From NCBI RefSeq assembly GCF_009914755.1, contig NC_060927.1: a DNA stretch of 64,000 nucleotides; one strand, given 5' to 3'. The translations under genes were made by a program, and so were the position numbers. This document shows, in pieces, positions 39,801 through 50,000 of this stretch. Position 1 is the first letter of the stretch; every line of letters starts with the position of its first letter. The notes below the pieces were generated by a model that saw only the letters and a program-made list of their open reading frames with translations, made no database searches and was not told where the DNA came from. The DNA comes from the human T2T-CHM13v2.0 reference genome, Homo sapiens.

Positions 39801-42199
39801 TTTTTTATTTTAAAAAAAGAAGTCAAGCTTCACTGATATTTAATGTATATAATTGGCATCTGTACATGTATATAATTTTAGTAAATATGTGTCTGGGGTG
39901 CACATACAAAATTATTTTACTAAGAATATTGTACAATTAAAAATCTTTAGAAATGTTTGTGTCAGAAGATAAGCAGCTCATAACCATCATAAGCAGTATG
40001 ATGTGATCATTTAAAACAAGACAAAATTTGAATTACCTTTGTTCTATTAGTTAGCTTTCCCCTTATGTAACAAACCACCCCAAAACAAATTGGCTTACAA
40101 CAACTACCCTTTTTTAAATTGTTCAGAATCGGCACAATGTCACTTGTACTGACAATCTACGAATAAGGGTTCTGAAAGGTAAGTCATATGAAGAAGGGTT
40201 GAAAGAACTGGGATAGGTTTGCTATGAAAAAAGAACATTAATAAGAAAAAGGAATATGTGTGTTAGACATTTACTATCTTTATTTCTTACAGCTTAGTTT
40301 CTAATACAATTTATAGTGGCCAGAAAAATATTCTGAATGGACAATCCCTTGAAGCAACAGAAATTAAAGTACTTTTTTCTTTTCCCAAATCGATTTTATA
40401 ATTAAAGAACTATATGATTTCAGCAAGTTCCATTTGGTAGAATGACACAGTCAGCTAACATGAAAATTACTAGAAATTCCCAGTGGAGATGTATATATTT
40501 CATACTTATCCACTTTCCTCATTTTTATCAAGGAATAGGCTATTTCTTTCTCTTCTTTTTAAAAGAAAATCAATATGACCTTTGCTTCTTTTTCTTTTCC
40601 CCCAACTCAAATTCTACAATTGTAAATTCAAAACATGAACAGATTTGAAAACAGATTGTGAAGAAAAAGCTTTAGTACAAACAAAAGAAAGATGGAGTAA
40701 AATGCATGTCCATCGCTGCATGAGAAATGGTGTGACAAACGTGCGGTACCTCTCCACAGAGAATGGTAATGACTGAGAGCCTTGCTTGTCCACCTAAAAA
40801 GAGGATGTGAAATAAAATATATTTTAAAGAAAATCCACGCAAATGCAGTGTCCCTTCTGAGTATAGCTGGAACAGTGCTCTGTTTGAATAATTTTATACC
40901 TTCGCTTAGAACTAAAATTTCTGCAAAGTTATACCAAAATGCTGTTAAAATATATACATTGTATAAGCAACAATTGTATTATAAGATTTAGCATTAAATT
41001 TTAAGATCATCCAATATAATAAAATTTAATAACCAATAAACTTTACAATTTGGCCATGAGAAAATTTATTTCTTTTGCTTTTTAACAAACAAAAAATTAA
41101 GACTGCAATACAAACAAAAATGTCATTTCTTTGGGCAGCATTGTTAGGAGAGAAATCAGAAATGACTACGTCCTTACCCTAAGAATTTTTTAGACAAGTA
41201 GTTAAAAAAAAATTCAATCCGTATGTTCTTCCACTTTTCTAGGCCCAAAGTTATTTTTTACTGAGTGGTACAAAATAGAAAACGGACATTTTATTCTGGC
41301 ACTGTGACCTTCTCTAGGCCCTGCCCATGTTACTCTGATACAACATATTTCTGGCACACACTTGTAATATAACCAGCAACCACTCTCCTTAAACACTGAA
41401 CTTGACAGCAGGTGAAAGGGAAAAAATTTTCTTTTGCATCAATAAAGAGTGCTACACTATAAACACACTTCCTTCTTTGATAAGATAGATGATTTTTTAA
41501 AATTACTAATTCAGTTAGGTAATTGCTCAACACTTATTTTTTTCCAGCTATAAACATGGAAACATGTAATTTTTGTTCTGAAACCAATGAAGCTCATATT
41601 ATAAACTACTTATAATTTTTAAAACGAAATCTATAGCTGATCCATATGTTTTCCAACTAAGACACAGTATAAAACCTCTATGTTTTAAAATGCCATAACC
41701 TCCATACATACCCACACATACATATACACATCGATGCAACTCTGCACTTACCCATTGATGACTTAACCTTTTAGCATGGATTGGTGAGGGGCAGGGGGAA
41801 AAGAACTGGGGAGAATTTTTTTTCAATAGGCATATTTACTAAACAGGACATTTTACTCAGTATTTTGTTTTAGTGTGTGGGGGGAATCATAATTGTATTT
41901 AGACTTTATATGGCATGGGTTACTCAGTTCACAGCAGAAGCACCTGCAGCAAATTAATTTGTTGTAGCACATTAATTATCTCATAGCTTCTATTTAGGCT
42001 GCAGCTGTTGCTATTATGTTAATAATATTTTTTATTACCACTGTATACAACAGGTTATGGCAATAATAGAAATATCTCTTTCTCTCTCTCTCTTTTTGGC
42101 TTCCCCCTCTTCCCCGTTGTTTCCATTTTTCTGTCAGAAGGGGAGAATGAAAGAAATTTAGGCAAATTAAGCCCCAAAGCGCACTATAATTTTCTATTT

Positions 42200-42340
42200 C
42201 TGAACTGATTTGTAAGAGAATGGGTAACTGAAATTAGCAAAGAATCACCCCACACAAAGATGGCGCGTGCAGAATTTGTGAAAGCGAAAAAGAAGACGAA
42301 GGAGAAGCAAAGAGGGACGGAATACTGCAGTGCTAGGGTG
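42200..42340 (+). other. CTNNB1: Candidate alternative upstream first exon of CTNNB1 (exon A; 5' boundary uncertain)
   Basis: Locally CpG-retaining and purine-rich; YY1-type AAGATGGCG 42257-42265; donor GTG|GTGAGT at 42340/42341. About 4.6 kb upstream of the main TSS, consistent with my recollection that some annotated CTNNB1 transcripts start further upstream. Confidence 0.6.
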
Positions 42341-43026
42341 GTGAGTGTTTGGATGGGGGCGGGGAAAATGCTGCAGTTTTCATGAAATAATAAGGTGGGG
42401 AAAAAAAGGCATACAAAGAGTAGGTTTTTCATTGTTTGTAAAATATAAACACAGATGAATTCTGTCTTTGGTTTGTTCATGCTTTTCAGTCTGCACAGCA
42501 GGGATGTTCTTAAGAAGTTGCCCTCTGCGAAATTTCACTAAATGGGAACCGTGGACCCTGCATGATGGGATTATAATCACACCAGCCACTCCTTTTACAT
42601 AATTTTTTGTTTAAGATCCAGTAAGACTCCCTGTTTTTAATACATATAAAGCAACAGACATGTATATGTCGATAAACTGAGGGTTTGCGTCCCTATTGCC
42701 TGGTGCAAGCTACAGCAAAAAACCGGTGATATCACATCTACAAATCTCAATGGATTCAAAAACAATATGAAAATTTTTAGCTGACAAGAACATGTCTGCT
42801 GCCTGCAGTCCCTGCAATAGCTCACCATGTTGCCTACTAACCAAAAGATCAAAAATTATCGATTTCATGGCGCTGCGAGGTCTGGAAAGAAAAGCTACTT
42901 TAAAATTTGCATTGTTTAAGAAATGACTTAAAAGAAAAGAATCATTTTTTTTTCTGAATACTTTGGAAGGTGAAAATGGCTTGTTTTAATCTTATCCATG
43001 ATTTACTATAATTCTATTATTTTTAG

Positions 43027-43105
43027 CAGCTGGAGTCCAGAAATGATTTTTTCGATGAATTTAGGATTTTGCCGCAGTATACATCTGCAGTCCCAGAATC
43101 CTCCG
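43027..43105 (+). other. Candidate internal exon (exon B) of upstream CTNNB1 transcripts
   Basis: Acceptor attctattatttttag|cag (NAGNAG) and strong donor CCG|GTAAGT at 43105/43106. Confidence 0.45.
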
Positions 43106-46100
43106 GTAAGTTAATCCTTCTTGCGATGGGAAACGCCTTTAACCTTCTTGTGAATGAAATATCTGCAACCATTTTGAAATTTTTAATGGGGTGTGTGTGT
43201 GTGTGCACGTGCGTGTGTTGCGGGTGTGTGTCTCCGAAACATGATTTCTTAGAAATGCAGCGGTACTTGTCTGAGTTCTTAGAAACATTGAGAAACATAT
43301 ATACCTTTATGTTCTTTGAATATCATGGACGATGACTCCATTGCTTCTCCTTCATACTTTGTATGGTAGCCATTAAAATGTACTTCCTTAGTCTGGCAAA
43401 CCAATGAAGGCCTCGAGTACACATAACTCCAAGCATGTAGGGTGTTCCTGACATAACTGAAGTGACCAGGCCATAGCAACCACCATGGCCATTGCCTCCC
43501 GCCACCTTCACCGCCCCTCCCTCGCTCTGCAGTATACATCAGCTGCAAGCTTTCCACAGTGGCTTTCCGCCGAACTTGCCCAGTGGGTTCCTAGATTACT
43601 TCTGTGTGCGAGAATAGCCAACCATGTAGTCTGACAAGAGGTATTTACAACTACTTAGCCTGTTCAGCTGGAAAGAAATCAAAAGATAACACTGAACCCT
43701 GAGATGATGTATTACAAATCAAAAGTCCCAATCCATAAATAGCCCACCTGATGAACTGCTAAATGAAAAGCTGATCCTGATTGTTGTCCAGTGTTTTTAC
43801 ATTGTCCTAAGAAATATTTTTAACAAGCCTTCTTGGAGAGTTGGGATTGTTTGTTTTTAAATGCATGGAATATTATTCTTACCTTTCTGCTGGGAAGGGA
43901 GCCTTCCGAGGGGATTCGGATGTAGAGTCCAAGTGAGACCACACCCTACTTTCACAGCTTTTTTTCTACCGTTTCTGCTTCTTTTTAAATAGGGTGGATT
44001 AACAGTTACAATTTTACATTAATTTAAGAGACTTAATCAAATGGAGCCAGTCATCCGTTTCCCTCTCTCTAAGGGAAGCTCATTGTCTTAGATGCTCAAT
44101 AAATGTTTAATTAATGGATTTGATAGAGTTAAGTATCCTAAAAGTGAACGAACCTTCTTTACAATACTGGCATATTTCTGTGATTCATATTTCTGTCTGA
44201 AGTGTGAAATAATCTTGGCTTTTTTTTTTTTTTTTCCTCTCTTAAAGGTAATCAAAAGCCTCTGTTTTAGCGAAGGGATGCCTTACATTCAGGTTCAGTC
44301 TACCACTGCTTTATATGCCAGTGGCCTGATAGCGTGAAAAGAAATATCTTCTCTTTTAAACTAGCTGGAGACACTTTTGTTTCTAAGAACACAGCCTAAA
44401 AATTAGAACCACTTGTCTGTCGCCATTTTATAAAATTAATTTATGTCAAACCCGGGGTGACTGGCTCTAGAAGGAAAAGACATAAAACAGATAACCAACT
44501 GTTTTTATGAAATGTATTGTCCAAGGTCAATTCAAAAAAATTATTTAACAAAATTACTTATTTTACCAAACTCATGTATCTTGATAATGTATTTTTCTTT
44601 GATTTAATGATAGTGTTTGTCTTCATTTCACAGAAGTTATTCATCTCTTATTTTTGGTGAGACAACTAGAACAATTTCTGCTTTATGAAACATGCAAATA
44701 AAAATTAGGAGCAATGTTAAATTTAACTAACTTGGTTTAATGCTAGTCAACCAGTAATTCTTCAGTACACTTAATATGATGGGAAAAACAGCATGCTGCA
44801 TTGTTGCAAATTTTACATTTTCTTTAATAAAATGTATTTGTTTACGGTGTCAGTAGGGATTAAAAATCATAATTCTAAATTTAAAGTATTTAAATTATAG
44901 AAAAATGATTCCATTATTTTGGTAATGGAACAGAGAAATACAAATATAGAAACGTTTTTATCCTTTAGATCTTCTAATGGTGCAGATATTTCTTAACCAA
45001 TTTCAAGAGTGCCTTATTCAAAAACAAAAAACCTGCACATAGAAAAAGCAAACATGTTTTTTTAAAAAAAGCCCTGTAAAAGTGGTTAATCTGTCGTCTG
45101 ATTTTCAATGTATGACTTTAATCAATTGCATATTCCTTAATTCTGCAAATGACAATTAAAATTAGGAATCAGTACCTGAAAACGCCATTTATACTTTTGA
45201 GTTTATATTAGAAACACGGTTTTGATGAAATACCTTTTTCGGTTCAATCTTTTTGAATTGTGACCACAACCAATAGCTACACTTAGATTCTACAGAATTA
45301 GTAGGAAAGATACAAATGAGAAGGTCTTTCTAGACAATGGATCTCACTGAACATCATCTTAGTGTGTAGACTTTTTCCACTGCAGTGGCCCACATGTGCT
45401 ATGGTGACAGACGGCAGTTGGCATTACCACTTATATAGTAAAATATCTTTAAGACAAAAATAAAAGTTATTTAAAGAATACGCTGGCCCTGAAACATGAG
45501 CTGTGCCTTAAACTACATATCCTACCTCCATGAGTGAATGAATAAGTGGGTTTTCCGCCTGCATCTATGTGTTAAGACCTATTGTTTGCTTGTATTAATT
45601 GTAGTCCTGGGATAAAAGCACAGAGGTAACTTTCACTGCTGCTTTTTGTACTCTCTCCAATGTTTTGGAGGAAAAATAAGCACAAACAATAGCCTAGAGA
45701 AACTGAATCGATCATACTTGTTGCAGCTTCGACAAACGTCAATTTTGCTGCATTAGAATGGGAAACATTTTTCAGTCTATTGAAATGAATTACAAACGTT
45801 TTTAAATAGAAAATTAGTTAAAAAATTGGAGGCTGCTTAATCGATAGCTTTCTCTATAAACATACTTGGATTTCACAAATAAGTAATACCGTAAAAATCT
45901 TCTTCTCCAAAGAAAAATCCCCACAAATAAATCTATTGATACCTAGTGACAAGTGGAACCAGATAAAAATGGAATCTATAAGAATTAACCTAATTGACAG
46001 CGCTCTGGAGCTAATCCATTTCCATTAGTTATTTGTTCACAGTAGGTACTCCTAAGGACTTGTTGAATTGCGGGCTTGGCGCCCGTTCTACGGAGAGTTC

Positions 46101-46874
46101 ACAGCCTTCGTGAGTGGGGACAGAAGGCGGCTCGGCCCGGTGATTCAGGTCGAAATTCAAGCTGAACAGCCTGCTGAGAGGTGGGATCCACCATCCGGAC
46201 AGTGGGGGGCTTTGGGGGTGCTGTGAGACTGGGCTGCGACCCAGGTCCAGCAGGGAGTGTGCGGCACAGACCACAAGGTCGGCGAGGCCCCCTAACCCGC
46301 GCCCGGCCGGGAACCCGCAGACCAGCGACGGGGCAGCTGCGGGGCCAGGAGCGCCCCAAGACGGGCGGGCGCTGAACCCGAGCCCCTGCCGCCGCCCTGG
46401 CCCCGAACTTCCGCCCTCCCAGGACCTGTCCCGGCCGCCCCGAGCGGTACTCGAAGGCCGGGGCCGAGATGCCACCTTCCGCAGGCCGCGGGAAAGGCGC
46501 GCCGAGTCCTGCAGCTGCTCTCCCGGTTCGGGAAACGCGCGGGGCGGGGGCGTCGGGCTTGGGACAGGGGAGGATACCAGGGCCACCTTCCCCAACCCAG
46601 GCCGCGGGGGCCCGGCCTCCCCGATGCAGACCACAGCGCCCTCACGGGCTGCCCTCAGGCCGCGCAGCGGGCAGCCGCCAGCCGTCACCCCGGGGAGCGT
46701 CCGTGGGGTGCCCAGGCACCCCACCCCGGCCCGGGGCGCTCAGACGGCAGCAGACTGCTGGGCGGCGCGGGGACTACTTTCCACCGCCCCCTCGCGCCCC
46801 GCCCCTTGTCCTCGCGCGGCGGAACGCTCCGCGCTGCGCCGGTGGCGGCAGGATACAGCGGCTTCTGCGCGACT

Positions 46875-46903
46875 TATAAGAGCTCCTTGTGCGGCGCCAT
46901 TTT
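46875..46903 (+). promoter_or_regulatory. CTNNB1: Core promoter: TATA-like box and YY1 motif at the TSS
   Basis: TATAAGAG at 46875-46882, 29 bp upstream of the recalled mRNA start AAGCCTCTCGG (46904); CGCCATTTT at 46895-46903. Confidence 0.75.
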
Positions 46904-47069
46904 AAGCCTCTCGGTCTGTGGCAGCAGCGTTGGCCCGGCCCCGGGAGCGGAGAGCGAGGGGAGGCGGAGACGGAGGAAGGTCTGAGGAGCAGCTTCAGTC
47001 CCCGCCGAGCCGCCACCGCAGGTCGAGGACGGTCGGACTCCCGCGGCGGGAGGAGCCTGTTCCCCTGAG
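46904..47069 (+). other. CTNNB1: CTNNB1 non-coding exon 1 (5' UTR)
   Basis: aagcctctcggtctgtggcagcagcgttggcccggccccgggagcggagagcgagg ... gggaggagcctgttcccctgag matches the recalled beta-catenin mRNA 5' UTR; donor GAG|GTGCTT. Longer 5' ends start near 46850. Confidence 0.93.
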
Positions 47070-50000
47070 GTGCTTGGGCGCTCCTTTCCTTATCCTTCCG
47101 GGGCTGCTCCCGCTTCCTCTCGGAGCCAAACTTCGTAGCAGGCGCGCGGTCCGGGCGGCGGGCTGGGCGCAGCCGGGAGGCCTGGGGTTGGGAGCGGGGA
47201 GCTCAGGTGGGGGACGGTGAGGGTGGGCCGCGCCCGGGGCGCGGAGGGCGGCGGCCGGGCCCGGGTTCCGGTCGCGCTGCCTCTCTGGGGCCCTGGGGGC
47301 ATCGCTTGCGGGGAGGGGGCGCCGCGGGGGCGCGTACAGGAGCCCGGATGGCAGGCGGGGTGGGGGTGGGGGTGGGGGTCTGTGGTTTCCGTCCGGGGCT
47401 CTGGCCTTGGCCGAGTTTGGGGGAGGGACCCGGTGCCTCGGGATGCGCCGGGCCCTGGGTGGGGGGCGGGGTGGGGACGGGGGGCTCCGCCTTCTCAGCT
47501 CTTGCGGCGAGTTGGGGTTCGGGCGCTGAGGCAGAGACGCCACCCTAAGTCCCATCAGTCCTGGGGATCGGACCAGTGGACTTTCTCTTAAGATTTCCTC
47601 TTTCATTCTTAAGAATAGAAGTGTTATTATTTTTTTTAATGCCCTGGCTATGTGAGTTTGAATCGAAGCAACTTTAAACCTTAGAGCAACTAAACTCTAA
47701 GTGCAGCGGGTGCGATGCGTCAGTAGGGTGAGCACATAAAAAATCCATGTCTTGCACCTGTATTTTAGCGTACTATGCAGGTGAGTGAAAGCAGTGGATA
47801 ATGTACTGGGAGTCTTATGGATTTATGGTAGTGGGTATGAGACCCTGGTGAAATAAGGGGGTGGAGGAAGGCGAAGGTGATGGCTTACTGTTTCTTACCA
47901 AGTGAACTGCAGGATTCAGCCTCTGACTCAGACCGCTTCGAGAATTTTGTTCGTAGAAATAATTTAAATTTATTCAAATAGTTTGATGGCAGCTAAAATT
48001 GAATTATAGAGCACGTTTTCTTTTCAGCGGAGTGAATTTTTCCTTCGCTCCAAAGCTGGCCAAATGGAATTCAAGCATTGCAACTTCTTTCAGTGTTTTG
48101 TCTGGAGAGAGGACTTTGAACCGAGACTTTTCGAAGTTAAGTTCCTATAGCCTGCTTCTGAATCTGCCAAGCTTGAAAGCTTTGGCAGTTGGGTGTATGT
48201 AGTTGTTGCCTTCGTTCTCTTCCCTTTTGGAGGGAGCGTTGTCTCCTACTTTGTATCTTCCAGACATCTGTGGTTTTCCCCCCACCCCTCGAGTTTGTGA
48301 GTGGTGAATGAAGAAAGACTAGGCTGCTGGTATGCAGAGGTCGGCAAAAGGAAATCGAGGAGTGGTTTTAGTGAAATGAGAGCTTTGTATCATGAATAAT
48401 GGTGGCTTAGGCTAGACATCAACTTGAAGAGACGGCAGCATTTCCTTTCATAAAGTCTAGGCTAATGTTTTTCAGATCGCTAAGTTGTAGTTTGTCTGGA
48501 ATTTAGGAAGCCATTTCAGTATTTGTCACTTGGTGAACGAACATTCAATACCTTCAGATGTCTTCGTGTTGACTTGTATTCATCCTAAGAAATAGTAAAT
48601 ATAGTCTCAAGTGTTATTTATGTTATACTGCTGGTTTATTCTCTGCTTAAATTATTGACATAAATTTCTACTTTGGAGGCTTTTCGTTTGAACTAAGGCT
48701 GTGCGGAATTTATTTTACTTTTATATTTAAATCTTTGAAAAATCTCTGATTAAAAAAAAAGTACCCTTAAAGGTTTGAGGATGTCCTTTCACACCAGACA
48801 AAATTTGGTTAATTTGCGCCCAATATTCATTACTTTGACCTAACCTTTGTTCTGAAGGCCGTGTACAAGGACAAGGCCCTGAGATTATTGCAACAGTAAC
48901 TTGAAAAACTTTCAGAAGTCTATTCTGTAGGATTAAAGGAATGCTGAGACTATTCAAGTTTGAAGTCCTGGGGGTGGGGAAAAATAAAAAACCTGTGCTA
49001 GAAAGCTTAGTATAGCATGTAACTTTAGAGTCCTGTGGAGTCCTGAGTCTCCCACAGACCAGAACAGTCATTTAAAAGTTTTCAGGAAAAACCAACTTAA
49101 AAAAAAATAAGGTGGCTAATTAAAAAAAAATGAAGCATTTAACAGTGTTCAGGTTTCAGAGTATGGAAGAGGGGTTTTTTAAACTGTTATCTGATTATTT
49201 CTTTTACCAACATGATATAGAAAAGTGTATTTCCAGTATTAAAATTTATCAGACTGAGCTTACTGTTCCTGTTAATGACTGGAATAAAAATTGGCATAAA
49301 TGAGGGTCTGTATGCTTGTTTTAATAACACCACCACCAAGATAGAAAACGAGGAGGCAAGTTTCTCCAAGGGTATTTTGAAATGTGTTAGCAAAACTATT
49401 GCAGATACTCGTTTTTGTTATAGGGTGAGGTGGGGAGAGGCGCATGCTAAGTATTGTTGAAACTAGGGATGTAGAGAATTAAAAGTTTGAATATAATTAT
49501 TTTGTAGTTATAAGTAGCAGTGAAATTAAATCTCCTGCAATAGACTATAGAAGTATATTTAGCCAAATGAAACTTCAGTGTTATTGAAATGAAATAATAC
49601 ATCTGTCCTGTTACAAGATTATTTTTATTTCTCTTGTGGTTTCCTAGCTTCTGATAATCAATAATTGTAGATGAGTAGGTGGTAAGTTTTAAGTTTGTAC
49701 TTTGAGCTTAGTCGGAAGCATGCTTGACTGCCAACCCGGGGCACAAAGGATGAAGGCTTTTAGAACTGGACAAACTTCTAACAAAAGGTATTTGCAACTC
49801 TTTTGTAGTGTGTCATGTTGATTTGTGACATTGTTTTTGAAAATATGTGTTAACTTAGTTTTCTTGTAGCCCTCTTTTTATTGGAACTGTGGTATCTATT
49901 GTTGAAACTGCTTGACTGAGAACATTTTTATACCATAAAAGTAAATAGTAAACATAGCCCAGGAGCGGCTTCTGGTTTGTCCATCGTATGTAGCCATTGC

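Larger units (their letters stand above)
46060..47570. promoter_or_regulatory. CTNNB1: CpG island / CTNNB1 promoter
   Basis: Abrupt GC- and CpG-rich block with several GC boxes (e.g. ccgcccc, cgccccgcccc at about 46784-46805), spanning exon 1. Confidence 0.95.

Noticed and set aside
42781-42879. Possible 99-nt plus-strand exon (tttttag|CTGACAAG...CGAG|gtctgg), open in phase 1
   Set aside because: Weak donor, and it has a stop in the frame of exon A; insufficient support.
43279-43557. 92-aa minus-strand ORF with protein-like composition
   Set aside because: Non-ATG start, in-frame stops just upstream and no recognisable homology; a tBLASTn/PhyloCSF check would be needed to revive it.
46029-47606. 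Long ORFs (231, 203, 136, 124 aa etc.) on both strands of the CpG island
   Set aside because: GC-rich sequence lacks stop codons; the P/G/R/A-rich products overlap in several frames and resemble no protein I know. CTNNB1 exon 1 is non-coding.
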